This document shows positions 49,527 to 60,240 of a stretch of DNA of 64,000 nt, piece by piece. The position numbers and the translations under genes were made by a program. Source of the DNA: Chloroflexota bacterium (GTDB lineage: Bacteria; Chloroflexota; Limnocylindria; Limnocylindrales; CSP1-4); NCBI GenBank assembly GCA_040752335.1, contig JBFMEV010000007.1, positions 44,147-108,146 on the forward strand. Reading direction: 5' to 3'. How positions within the stretch are numbered: position 1 is the stretch's first letter; every line of letters starts with the position of its first letter. Below the pieces are notes generated by a model. That model made no database searches and was not told the origin of the DNA. It saw only the letters and a list, made by a program, of their open reading frames with translations.

Positions 49527-49982
49527 ATGGGAGGGATCCGGCGCATCCTCCTGGCGACCGACCTGTCGCCGGCGTCGGACGGTGCCGCCCTGCAGGCGCT
49601 CGACCTGGCCCACGACCTGGGAGCGGACCTCCTGATCGTCAGCGTCATCGACCCGCGCTCGCTGCGGTTGCCCGGCGGTCGCTTCGGCACGCGGATCGAC
49701 CAGGTCCGATCGAGCCGCGAGGCCGCCGCCCAGGAGCTCGTCTCGCGTGGCCGCGCCGCCGGGGTAAGGGTCCATTTCCTGATCTGGGATGGCGACCCGG
49801 GCGAATCGATCGTCGATGCGGCCCGGAGCGAGCAGGTGGACCTGATCGTCGTGGGCAGCCACGGGCGCGGGCAGGTGGGCCGGTTCCTCATCGGCAGCGT
49901 GTCCGATCATGTCGTCCGGCACGCCCACTGCCCGGTCCTCGTGGTCCGGGCCCAGACCGCAGCGGAGCCGGCGCTCTCCTGA
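49527..49982 (+). CDS. Universal stress protein (UspA family)
   Basis: ILLATDLSPAS...DLIVVGSHGRGQVGRFLIGSVSDHVVRHAHCPVLVV. Upstream in-frame ATGs exist, so the start is uncertain. Confidence 0.85.
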   Translation: MGGIRRILLATDLSPASDGAALQALDLAHDLGADLLIVSVIDPRSLRLPGGRFGTRIDQVRSSREAAAQELVSRGRAAGVRVHFLIWDGDPGESIVDAARSEQVDLIVVGSHGRGQVGRFLIGSVSDHVVRHAHCPVLVVRAQTAAEPALS

Positions 49983-50022
49983 TCCGAGACCCGCGTGCCG
50001 CGGCTCGCACGGGATCCACCGG

Positions 50023-51393
50023 TCAGCCGAGCTCCCCGGCCCCTCCCGACGCTACGATCTCGGCGGCAGCACGCTCACCGGACGCGATCGCCCCGTCGAC
50101 ATAGCCGGCCATCCAGGTCGCGGTCTCGGTTCCGGCCCAGTGAATTCGACCGCAAGGCTCGCGGAGCGCCGGCCCGAAGGCCGTCCAGGCCCCCGGCGCC
50201 ATGTGCCCCGAGTAGCAGCCGCGGGTCCAGGGCTCGCTCGACCAGTCCAGCTCCACGATCTGCTCGACGTCGGCGGCAGCGGGACCGAATGCGCGGACGA
50301 GGCTCTCGATCGCCTCCCCCGCCCGGGCAGCCGCAGGAACGGCACCGAGGCGACGCGCCTCGCGTCCCTCGATGAACCCGACGAGGACGCCACGCCCATC
50401 GCCCGGGGGCGAGCTGTCGGCGGTGAAGCTGACGGCGCCGTCGGTCGCGAACGACATCCCGGACAGGCCCGCCGCACGCCAGAAGGGGGTGGCATAGACG
50501 ACCTGGATCTTGATGACCGATCCGTGGGGCATGTGCTGGGCCAGGCCGTCCCGCAGCGCCGGGAGCGGCGGATCGAACTCGATGCGACCGGCCAGCATCG
50601 GCGACACGGCCACGACCACGCGGTCGGCCGTGAAACGCCCGCGGTCGGTCTTCACCGTGAGGCCAGAGGTTCCCTGTTCGATTCGACGGGCCGGAGCCGA
50701 GAGCACGAGCCCCTCACCGATCTCCGCGGCGATGTGCTTGGCGACGGCCTGGGGCCCGCCGACGATCCGGTCCTGCTGCGCCGCACCCTCGAAGCCAAGT
50801 GCGTCCGCGAGCGAGCCCGCCGTCCGGGCGTGGAACAGGAAGTCCAGCAGCGACACCTCCCCCGCCGGCCGGACGAACATGGATTCGACGACCGACCGCA
50901 CGAGCGCGCGGGCGCGGGGGTCGGACACGGCGCCGTCGAGCCAGGCCGCCATCGTCTGGCCGTCCATCCGTTCGGCATCGCGCGCTGCCCAGGGACGCTC
51001 CAGCGGGATCTCGGCGGCAAGCGTCTCCAGCCGATCGAACGCGGCGTCGACCGCCGCGGACGCCGCCGCGCCGAGGTCCGCGGGGAAGGTGCCGGTGTGG
51101 CGGTGGGCCTCGCCCTCGAAGACCGTGACGGTCTCGCCCTCGACGAATGACGGTGTGGTGGCGATCCCCAGGTCGTCGAGCAGGTCGTGGATCCTCGCCT
51201 GCGTCGGCCCGATCCACTGGCCGCCGAGCTCGAGAACCGTACCGTCGTCGAGCGTCACGTCATAGGCGCGCCCACCGACACGATCGCGAGCCTCGAGCAC
51301 GACAACCGAGGTGCCGGCACGGCGCAGCGTGCGCGCCGCGCTCAGGCCGGCGAATCCGGCCCCGATGACCGCAACATCAGCCGCCCGGGTCAC
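50023..51393 (-). CDS. Flavin-containing amine oxidase (putrescine/monoamine oxidase-like)
   Basis: VAVIGAGFAGLSAARTL...VLEARDRVGGR dinucleotide-binding motif. C-terminal HWAGTETA. Start is GTG 51393 or TTG 51429. Confidence 0.85.
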   Translation of the reverse strand: MTRAADVAVIGAGFAGLSAARTLRRAGTSVVVLEARDRVGGRAYDVTLDDGTVLELGGQWIGPTQARIHDLLDDLGIATTPSFVEGETVTVFEGEAHRHTGTFPADLGAAASAAVDAAFDRLETLAAEIPLERPWAARDAERMDGQTMAAWLDGAVSDPRARALVRSVVESMFVRPAGEVSLLDFLFHARTAGSLADALGFEGAAQQDRIVGGPQAVAKHIAAEIGEGLVLSAPARRIEQGTSGLTVKTDRGRFTADRVVVAVSPMLAGRIEFDPPLPALRDGLAQHMPHGSVIKIQVVYATPFWRAAGLSGMSFATDGAVSFTADSSPPGDGRGVLVGFIEGREARRLGAVPAAARAGEAIESLVRAFGPAAADVEQIVELDWSSEPWTRGCYSGHMAPGAWTAFGPALREPCGRIHWAGTETATWMAGYVDGAIASGERAAAEIVASGGAGELG

Positions 51394-51409
51394 GGCGTGG
51401 ACGCGGCGC

Positions 51410-52207
51410 CTATCGCGTGTAGGCGCCAACGGGATCGAGCTCCTCGCGAATCAGGCGCAGCTCCTCCGGGCTCGGGGCGGGTGTGGCGATCAGCGCGTCC
51501 GAGATCCGAGGCCCCCAGCCGACGGTGGCCCGGACCTCGTCCAGCGTCGCGCCCGGGTGGAGTGAGTCGAGCCGCATCTCCCCGTCATCGTCGAAGTGCC
51601 AGATCCCGAGGTCCGTGACCACGACCGAGGGCCCCCGCCCGAGCCAGCCGCCCTCGTGCCGGATCCGCTCCGCCTGCTCGGCACCGCCGAGGTTCCCGGG
51701 CGAGGTCCGGAAGTCGATCCGCTCGACGAACGAGCGGGCGCTCTGGCGCATGATCACGAACACCTGGCGGGCGTTGATCGCGATCTCGCACGCCCCGCCG
51801 CTCCCCGGCAGGCGCGTCTTCGGGTGGCCGTACTCCCCGATGACCGTCGTGTTGATGTTCCCGAAGCGGTCGATCTGGGCAGCGCCGAGGAAGCCGACGT
51901 CGATGAGCCCGCCCTGGAGGTAGAAGGCGAACAGCTCGTGCATCGACACGACCGCGGTCGAGCCGGTCACGATCGTCGGATCGCCGATCGACAGCGGCAG
52001 GCGCGCCGGCCGGGCACCGAAGACGCCGGCCTCGTAGACGAGCTCCAGGTCCGGGGCGACAGTCCGCTTGGCGAGGTTGACGGCGATGTTCGGCAGGCCC
52101 ACGCCGACGAAGCAGACGTGCTGGCCGGCCAGCTCGCGGGCGGCCGCAACGATCATCATCTCGGACTTGGAGAAGGCGCCCGAGGTGGCTCCGCCGGACT
52201 CGGTCAC
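51410..52207 (-). CDS. CoA-transferase subunit B (family I, glutaconate/3-oxoacid type)
   Basis: LPGSGGACEIA glutamate active-site motif. ATGA-type overlap with subunit A. Confidence 0.85.
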   Translation of the reverse strand: MTESGGATSGAFSKSEMMIVAAARELAGQHVCFVGVGLPNIAVNLAKRTVAPDLELVYEAGVFGARPARLPLSIGDPTIVTGSTAVVSMHELFAFYLQGGLIDVGFLGAAQIDRFGNINTTVIGEYGHPKTRLPGSGGACEIAINARQVFVIMRQSARSFVERIDFRTSPGNLGGAEQAERIRHEGGWLGRGPSVVVTDLGIWHFDDDGEMRLDSLHPGATLDEVRATVGWGPRISDALIATPAPSPEELRLIREELDPVGAYTR

Positions 52208-53127
52208 CGGTACTCCCCGTAGTCGACCACGCCGGACGGCGCGGCGGCCGTCGGGCGGAGGCTTGCGACGCGCTCCGGGCCGAGCTTCTCAACATAGGCG
52301 GCCCGGCCATCGACGTCGTAGACCCACTCTCGGAGCCAGTCCTGGAGGCTGGCCTCGTCGCGGGTGATCGCGTCCCAGTCGAGATAGAACCGGTTGTCCC
52401 GGTCGTAGGCGCCCTGGACGTAGGAGGGGTGGGCCCCGAACGGCTCGACGACGACGGCATCCACGATCAGGCCCGGGATGATCGTCCGGTTCGGATCGGC
52501 CCGGACGACGGCCTCGTCGACGAGCTCCTCGACGACCACGATGACGCGGTGAGCGGCGAAGGCCGCCTCCTTCTGGCAGCCGAGGAGCCCCCAGACCTGG
52601 GTGTTGCCGGCCTCGTCGGACCGCTGGGCGTGGACGATCGCGACGTCCGGCTTCAGCGGGGGGACGGCGTAGACCTTCCCGTCGCCGTAGGGCGACTCGA
52701 GCTCACGGATCAGCGGGTTGGCAACCGGCAGGTCGCTCTCGAAGTAGCTCCGGAGGGGATAGAAGGGCAGGTTGGCCGCCCCGGCCGTGTAACGACCCAC
52801 CATCCCGAAATGGCTGTACTCCTCGACCTCGAGCGGTGCCGGCTCGCCCGTCTCGATCCGTCGGCGGATGGCCCCCAGCCCACCGACCCCGGGATTCCCG
52901 AGCCAGCTGAAGATGAGCTTCCGGGCGACCCCGCCGGCGATCATCTGGTCGTAGATGAGGTCCGGGGTCATCCTCGCGAGGGTCAGGTCGCGCTTCCGCT
53001 GGCGGATGATCTCGTGACCGGCGGCGAAGCCGATGAGGTGGGTGAAGCCCTCGATCGCGACGGTGTCGCCGTCGCGGACGAGGTCGGCGACGGCGTCGCG
53101 CATCGTGGCGACCTTGGACGTGGGCAT
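52204..53127 (-). CDS. CoA-transferase subunit A (family I)
   Basis: 307 aa. Motifs DGDTVAIEGF and SWLGNPGVG. Confidence 0.8.
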   Translation of the reverse strand: MPTSKVATMRDAVADLVRDGDTVAIEGFTHLIGFAAGHEIIRQRKRDLTLARMTPDLIYDQMIAGGVARKLIFSWLGNPGVGGLGAIRRRIETGEPAPLEVEEYSHFGMVGRYTAGAANLPFYPLRSYFESDLPVANPLIRELESPYGDGKVYAVPPLKPDVAIVHAQRSDEAGNTQVWGLLGCQKEAAFAAHRVIVVVEELVDEAVVRADPNRTIIPGLIVDAVVVEPFGAHPSYVQGAYDRDNRFYLDWDAITRDEASLQDWLREWVYDVDGRAAYVEKLGPERVASLRPTAAAPSGVVDYGEYR

Positions 53128-53208
53128 CGCGCGAAGTATCCGGGATTCCCCGCGCCCGTTTCGCTACGATCCGCGTCGGAGGAATGGCCCGACGCGCGAT
53201 CGGGCCGG

Positions 53209-54420
53209 ATGGGAGGGCAATTCTCGATGAGCTCGATGTCCGCGCCTGCCGCCTGGCAGGCCCAGGTCCGGTCGTTGTTCCTGGTGGCGATGGCGGTCTT
53301 CCTCGTGACCATCGTCATCGGCATCCTCAACGGCCTCGACCTCTACGAGTTCGACCAGAACCAGCTGTTGACCCACGTCCACTCGGGCACGCTCGGCTGG
53401 ATCACGCTGTCGCTGGTGGCCACGAGCGCCTGGTTCCTCCGGGGCGTGGATGCCCGGCTGGCCTGGGGGATGGCGATCGTCGTCCCGGTCTACGTCGCCG
53501 CGTTCTACATCGCCAACCCGACCCTGCGGGCGATCTCCGGCGTCGTGCTCCTGGTCCTTGTCGTCTGGCTGCTGGTCTGGGCCTGGGGCGCCTACGGCTC
53601 GCGGCGGTCGCTGCCGATGCTGGCGATCGCCCTCGGCTTCACGACCTTCACCTACGGCGCCGTGATCGGCGTCCTGCGCCAGGTCCAGAACGCGGGTGGC
53701 CCGAACCTCTTCCCGGCATCGGCCGACGTCGTGGGCGCCCACGCCTCGGCGATGGTCTTCTCGTACCTCATCCTCGTCGCGATGGGCCTCCTCGAGTGGC
53801 GGGTCCTCGGCACGACCGGGCTGCCCCGGGCGGGACTCGTCCAGGTCATCGCCCTCTTTGCCGGGGGCCTGATCCTGTCCGGGACGCTGCTCTTCCTGAG
53901 CGGCGACGCGCTCCAGGCGGCCGGCGGGCTCGATCTGCTCGTCAACCTCGTGGCCGTCGTGCTGTTCGCCGTCCGGGTCCTGCCGTCGGCCCTGCGAGCC
54001 AACTGGGCCGGCGGGGCCGCGCGCCACTTCGGGATCTCGGCGGCGTTCATGGTCGTGGCCCTCGCGATCTTCATGTACGTCGTCTACCGCTTCATCAGCG
54101 ACCCGGCCGTGGCCGCCGACCCGACGGTCATCGGCGGCGTCCTCGTGGCCAGCGACCACTCGGCCTTCATCGGCGTGATCACGAACCTCGTCCTCGGCGT
54201 GCTCCTGGCCGCGACCGCCGACCGGGCCGCGCAGTGGGCCTGGGCGGACGAGGTCGGGTTCTGGGGCGTCAACCTGGGGCTGGTGCTGTTCCTCGTGGGC
54301 CTGATTGCCGAGACCGCGATCCTCAAGCAGATCGGGGCGCCGGTCATGGGCGTCAGCCTGCTCGTGGCGCTCGCCGCCCTGGCCATGCGGCTGCGCGACT
54401 CGGAGCTCGCGCCGGCCTGA
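53209..54420 (+). CDS. Hypothetical polytopic membrane protein (about 12 TM) with intramembrane histidines
   Basis: 403 aa. THVHSGTLGWITL, VGAHASAMVF and SDHSAFIGV lie in predicted helices. Alternative ATGs at 53227 and 53236. Confidence 0.6.
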   Translation: MGGQFSMSSMSAPAAWQAQVRSLFLVAMAVFLVTIVIGILNGLDLYEFDQNQLLTHVHSGTLGWITLSLVATSAWFLRGVDARLAWGMAIVVPVYVAAFYIANPTLRAISGVVLLVLVVWLLVWAWGAYGSRRSLPMLAIALGFTTFTYGAVIGVLRQVQNAGGPNLFPASADVVGAHASAMVFSYLILVAMGLLEWRVLGTTGLPRAGLVQVIALFAGGLILSGTLLFLSGDALQAAGGLDLLVNLVAVVLFAVRVLPSALRANWAGGAARHFGISAAFMVVALAIFMYVVYRFISDPAVAADPTVIGGVLVASDHSAFIGVITNLVLGVLLAATADRAAQWAWADEVGFWGVNLGLVLFLVGLIAETAILKQIGAPVMGVSLLVALAALAMRLRDSELAPA

Positions 54421-54457
54421 CACGGCGAGGCGGGGCTCGGCGACAGGGCGAGGCACG

Positions 54458-54495
54458 GCAGAGCCGCCGGGCGAAGGGTCTGCCGGCGGCTCTGC
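54458..54495. terminator. Strong hairpin between convergent genes (candidate bidirectional terminator)
   Basis: GCAGAGCCGCCGG-N12-CCGGCGGCTCTGC is a 13-bp perfect stem. Confidence 0.5.
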
Positions 54496-54525
54496 GGGGA
54501 CGCGATGTCGAGCTGGGACGCGCGG

Positions 54526-54891
54526 CTACTCGGCGGCCGGGAACAGCTCGACGATGAACTCGAAGATCGGCGGGAAGGTCAGGGCGAAGCCGGCCAAAAC
54601 GAGGACCAACGAGACCGCGAACCAGCGGCCGAAGTTGACCTCCTTGGCGCGGACCCACAGGCCCAGGCCGAGCCACGAGCCGAAGAACGCGATCGTGGCC
54701 AGGATCGCCTTGCCCGACAGGGGCCCGACGCCACTGCCGAGGCCGTAGTTCGCGTCGAACTTCAGGAAGTTGCTGATGTCCGTCGAAACCTCGTTCAGGA
54801 CCACGAAGATCCCGAGGACGAGGGCCCCGACGCCGGCGGCGACGAACGCCGCGGCAACCGGACCGTTGGGCTTGGTCTGGAGGTCCTGCAT
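54526..54891 (-). CDS. Hypothetical small membrane protein
   Basis: 121 aa with 3-4 hydrophobic helices and normal, non-Arg/Pro-biased composition. Confidence 0.5.
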   Translation of the reverse strand: MQDLQTKPNGPVAAAFVAAGVGALVLGIFVVLNEVSTDISNFLKFDANYGLGSGVGPLSGKAILATIAFFGSWLGLGLWVRAKEVNFGRWFAVSLVLVLAGFALTFPPIFEFIVELFPAAE

Positions 54892-54902
54892 CGTTCGTCT
54901 CC

Positions 54903-55472
54903 TCAGGCGACCGGGGCGGCCTTGGTGATGAAGGCGCCGAAGAGGCCAGCGACGCCGGCGGCGACGAAGGCCAGGGTGAAGAAGATGATCGCGGCCCGGC
55001 GGATCTCACCGCGGCGAACGAGCTGAGCGCCGTAATAGAGGACCGCAAAGGCCACGGCCGTGGCCAGGAACGGCGCGATCCAGGCGACGTGTTCCTTCCA
55101 CTCCATGCCGAGCCGGTGCCACTCGGCCGTTCGGTCCGACGCGAGCAGCCAGTAGCGTGGGTAGTCGAGGAGCTCTGGGCTCTGGACCGTTCGATCGATG
55201 CCCTCGGGTGGCGTGGCCCGGTACCAGGGGTAGGCGATGAACGTGCCGCTGATCACGGTCAGCCAGGCGACGATCGCCATGGCCCACGACCCGATGAGCA
55301 GTCGCGGCGTACGCTCGGCGACGCCCTCCGGGGTGACGAGCCGGGAGCTGAGGCTGTAGAGCCCGGCCAGGCCGCCGCCGAAGGCCAGCAGGAACAGGGT
55401 GCCGAGGCCCAGGCCGTGAAGCACGGTCCAGAGTTCTCGGTCGGTGAACTCCATGAATGCCCTCTCTCTCAT
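54903..55472 (-). CDS. Hypothetical membrane protein (4 TM)
   Basis: 189 aa (or 183 from ATG 55454). Aromatic-rich loop YPWYRATPPEG. Lies 11 nt upstream of the 121-aa gene. Confidence 0.55.
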   Translation of the reverse strand: MRERAFMEFTDRELWTVLHGLGLGTLFLLAFGGGLAGLYSLSSRLVTPEGVAERTPRLLIGSWAMAIVAWLTVISGTFIAYPWYRATPPEGIDRTVQSPELLDYPRYWLLASDRTAEWHRLGMEWKEHVAWIAPFLATAVAFAVLYYGAQLVRRGEIRRAAIIFFTLAFVAAGVAGLFGAFITKAAPVA

Positions 55473-55689
55473 GGGGGACGCGCGCCACTGGACCAGTCGA
55501 GCGTGGGCCCCGTCTGCGTTGCGAGGTCACTCTGCGCCGAGGCCGGGTCCCGGCTGAGGAGGCCGACGGACCAAGGGCTCGGTCCGAATGGCCCGGGATC
55601 TGTGGGCCGAAGCGCCCGGGTCGTTCGGGCTCCCCCGCCCGCCCGTCGCGCCGCCCCGGGGCCCGATGATCTCCTAATGTCAGCGCGGC

Positions 55690-56064
55690 ATGGACCGCGC
55701 GAGGGAGGGCCCCATGGGTCGAAGAACCGCCGCGTTCCTGGCCGCCGCGCTCGGCGGCGGCATTCAGCTCTTCGGGGCCCTGTACGGCCAGGGCGTGCTG
55801 GGCCACGGGATGCTGTTCGGCCTCGCCGGCGACGCGACCCGCGGGGAAGCGGCAATGATCGGCTTCGTCCTCGGCGCCGCGACGATCGTCGCGGGGGTCG
55901 GGCTGATGCTGGTCCGGGATCCACGCCTGCCGATCCTCGTGATCGCCGTTGCCGGGATCGTCGGGACCCTTGCCGCCGGCCAGATCTTCGGCTACGGCGC
56001 CGGGCTCGCGCTCATCGGCGCCGTCGTCGCGTCCCGCATCGATCGGACCGCGCCGCTGTTCTAG
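55690..56064 (+). CDS. Hypothetical small membrane protein
   Basis: 124 aa with Gly/Ala-rich helices. 4-nt convergent overlap with the gabT-like stop. Confidence 0.4.
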   Translation: MDRAREGPMGRRTAAFLAAALGGGIQLFGALYGQGVLGHGMLFGLAGDATRGEAAMIGFVLGAATIVAGVGLMLVRDPRLPILVIAVAGIVGTLAAGQIFGYGAGLALIGAVVASRIDRTAPLF

Positions 56065-57437
56065 CCGCCGGCAGCGCCGCCGATCTCGCCCGCGTGACGG
56101 GCGGCGGCCTGCGCCTCGTCCGCCACGGCGGCACCACGCGCAGCGACCTCTGTGACCGACTCGCCGAGGATCCGCAGGGCCGTCGCCATCTCGGCCTCGG
56201 TGACCGTCAACGCCGGCGACATCCGGACCGTGGACCGCCCACATTCCAGGACCAGGAGGCCGCGCTGGAAGCAGGCCCACTGGACGGCGTCCGCGTGGCC
56301 GGGCGTGTCGAGCTCGATACCGATCATCAGGCCCCGCCCCCGAACGTCCGTCACGAGCCGGGGATGGGCCGCCGCCATCGGTCGAAGGCCGGCCAGGGCC
56401 TGCTCGCCGCGCGCCCGGGCGTTCTCGATGAGGCCGGCCTCGATGAGGTCGAGCGTCGCCAGCGCCGCGGCGCAGGCGACCGGGTTGCCGCCGTATGTCG
56501 AGCCGTGGGCGCCGGTCGTCCAGGCTTCAAGGAGGTCGGCCCGGGCAACCATCGCCGCGATGGGCATGCCCGAGGCGATGCCCTTGGCGGTCAGCAGGAT
56601 GTCGGGCTGGACGCCCCACAGGTCCACCGCCCACATCACCCCGGTCCGGCCGACGCCGGACTGGATCTCGTCGGCGACGAGCAGGATCCCGTGGCGATCG
56701 GCGATCTCCCTGAGGCCCGGCAGGAAGCCGTCCTCGGGCACGAGGTAGCCGCCCTCGCCCTGGATCGGCTCGACGATGATCGCCGCGACCTCGCCGGCCG
56801 GGACGAGCTTGTCGAAGAGGACCTCGTCGAACCAGCGGAGGCCCTCGACCGTGCCGTACGGCGCGTGGTAGACACCCGGGAGCAGCGGCCCGAAGTTGGC
56901 GTGGTACTTGGCCTTCGAGCCGGTCAGGCTGACCGCGCCGTAAGTCCGGCCGTGGAACGCGCCGAGGAAGGCGACGACGTTCGGGCGGCCGGTCGCATAG
57001 CGGGCCAGCTTGATGGCGGCCTCCACGACCTCCGCGCCGGAGTTGCCGAGGTACGTGCGGGCTCGACCGCCTTTGATCGGCACGAGGTTCGCCAGGCGCT
57101 CGCACAGCTGGGCGTAGATCGGCAGGTAGAAGTCACTCGCCGAGAAGTGGATCAGCTCGGCCGCCTGCTCCTTGATCGCGGCCACGACCTGGGGGTGGGC
57201 ATGGCCGGTGGAGGTCACGGCGATGCCGGCAGCGAAGTCGAGGAAGAGGTTGCCGTCGATGTCCTCGACGGTCAGGCCCTCGCCCCGGACGGGCACGATC
57301 GGGTAGGCCCGGGGCAGGCTCGGCGAGGTCCAGGTCTCGTCGTAGGCGACGTGAGCGCGGGCCCTGGGACCCGGGATCTCGGTGACGATGTGCGGGACCG
57401 GCCGCGCCTGCGCGAGCCGAGACGGGGCCTGGGCCAC
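56061..57437 (-). CDS. Class-III aminotransferase, 4-aminobutyrate aminotransferase-like
   Basis: IPGPRA...FLDFAAGIAVTSTGHAHP...DEIQSGVGRTG...TAKGIASGMP. GTG start. Confidence 0.85.
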   Translation of the reverse strand: MAQAPSRLAQARPVPHIVTEIPGPRARAHVAYDETWTSPSLPRAYPIVPVRGEGLTVEDIDGNLFLDFAAGIAVTSTGHAHPQVVAAIKEQAAELIHFSASDFYLPIYAQLCERLANLVPIKGGRARTYLGNSGAEVVEAAIKLARYATGRPNVVAFLGAFHGRTYGAVSLTGSKAKYHANFGPLLPGVYHAPYGTVEGLRWFDEVLFDKLVPAGEVAAIIVEPIQGEGGYLVPEDGFLPGLREIADRHGILLVADEIQSGVGRTGVMWAVDLWGVQPDILLTAKGIASGMPIAAMVARADLLEAWTTGAHGSTYGGNPVACAAALATLDLIEAGLIENARARGEQALAGLRPMAAAHPRLVTDVRGRGLMIGIELDTPGHADAVQWACFQRGLLVLECGRSTVRMSPALTVTEAEMATALRILGESVTEVAARGAAVADEAQAAARHAGEIGGAAGG

Positions 57438-57542
57438 GGAACACCTCGAGCGGTAGGTGGACGCCTGCGGTCGGTCCCGGTGGGCACCGGCGAACGCATA
57501 GGGTTTATGCAGACTGGATACGAGTCTAGCAGGCGGCGACGG

Positions 57543-57654
57543 GTCGGAGCTCGGCCGTCGGAGCTCGGCTGTCGGGGCTCGGTCGTTGGAGCTCGGCCGT
57601 CGGAGCTCGGCCGTCGGGGCTCGGCCGTCGGAGCTCGGCTGTCGGGGCTCGGTC
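57543..57654. repeat. Intergenic tandem repeat: 8 copies of a 14-bp unit (consensus GTCGGAGCTCGGCC)
   Basis: Copies lie head to tail at 57543, 57557, 57571, 57585, 57599, 57613, 57627 and 57641, each with 0-2 substitutions. The period is not a multiple of 3. Confidence 0.9.
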
Positions 57655-57904
57655 GCCCACCGCGACGCAACCTGCTCAATTCGTCACCCGGCGATCGTCA
57701 GAGGACCTTGCTCGACCTCGGCCGCCTCGTCGCCCGGCGAAATCGTCCCGAGCCGTGCGTGGCCAGGATGAAACCGCCTCCCAGGCCCGGGTCCACCGAG
57801 CCGCAACCTGACCTAACGGTCTCCCCGTCACGAAATGGTCAGGCCGCGTCCGCTCGGGGCAGGGTGGGTAGTGAGATCGCCTTCCGTGGGTGGCGCGGCG
57901 AACC

Positions 57905-58498
57905 TCAGCTCGCCGGCGTCTCGCCTCGGCGCCGCAGCAGCGCCGCGACTGCCAGGCCCAACGCGAGGCCGCCGATCCCGGCGCCCGCGACGATTGCCGG
58001 CGTCGCCGTCCCGTCGGTTTCCGGATCCGTCGAGGCTACGGTCCGCGCCCCGGTTGCCGCCGTCTCGACCGGTTCCGTGGTCGATTCGCCGACCACCACG
58101 ACGCCCGTCATGCCGGGATGGATCATGCAGCTGTAGCCATAGACCCCGGCGGTCGGGAAGGTCCAGCCGATTGAGTCGTCCGGCTGGAGGAGCTTGTCGT
58201 GGGTGCCCCAGGTCATGTTCGAGCCGACGATCTCGTGGGTCTGGAACGAGGTGTTCGACCAGGTCACGGTCGCGCCGACCGCGACGCGGGTCACCGTCGG
58301 CGTGAAGACGCAGTCGCCCAGCGCGACCTGGCTCGTGGCACCGCTTGACGGCGCGGGCCGGTTGTCGAACCGATGAAAGCACGGGTCACCGGCCAGGACG
58401 GCGGCCGGCAGGAGGGCGAGCGCCGCCCAAACGAGGCCGGCCGTGCCGAGGAGCGACACGAGACGGCGGGACACGAGACGGCGGGACATCGTGGACAC
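57905..58498 (-). CDS. Cupredoxin (type-1 blue-copper, plastocyanin/amicyanin-like) with signal peptide and C-terminal membrane anchor
   Basis: Putative Cu ligands His (QTHEIVG) and C-x2-H-x2-M (YSCMIHPGM). N-terminal signal-like helix. C-terminal AIVAGAGIGGLALGLAVAALLRRRG. Confidence 0.75.
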   Translation of the reverse strand: MSTMSRRLVSRRLVSLLGTAGLVWAALALLPAAVLAGDPCFHRFDNRPAPSSGATSQVALGDCVFTPTVTRVAVGATVTWSNTSFQTHEIVGSNMTWGTHDKLLQPDDSIGWTFPTAGVYGYSCMIHPGMTGVVVVGESTTEPVETAATGARTVASTDPETDGTATPAIVAGAGIGGLALGLAVAALLRRRGETPAS

Positions 58499-58585
58499 CT
58501 CCGCGCTGAGATGCCCCTCCTACACCTGCGGATCCGCGGTGGTTCCCGTCGCGATCGAATTCGACGCGGATGGCTCGGCAGTCCC

Positions 58586-60166
<1,581 letters not shown>

Positions 60167-60240
60167 CGGAGGACTCCAGTGGTGGAGGGCCGTCGCGGCG
60201 GGTCGCGCTCCGCGCGGCGCGGGTGGTCGTTGGGGCCAGT

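Noticed and set aside
57543-57654. Possible CRISPR array.
   Set aside because: The units are only 14 bp and directly abut, with no unique spacers, and no cas genes are in the window. This is a simple tandem repeat.
55089-58136. 1015-aa plus-strand ORF, the longest in the track.
   Set aside because: It is extremely Arg/Pro/Gly/Asp-rich with no motifs. It runs antisense to three well-supported genes (membrane protein, GabT-like, cupredoxin) and through the 14-bp repeat. This is a typical stop-codon-poor shadow frame of a 70% GC genome.
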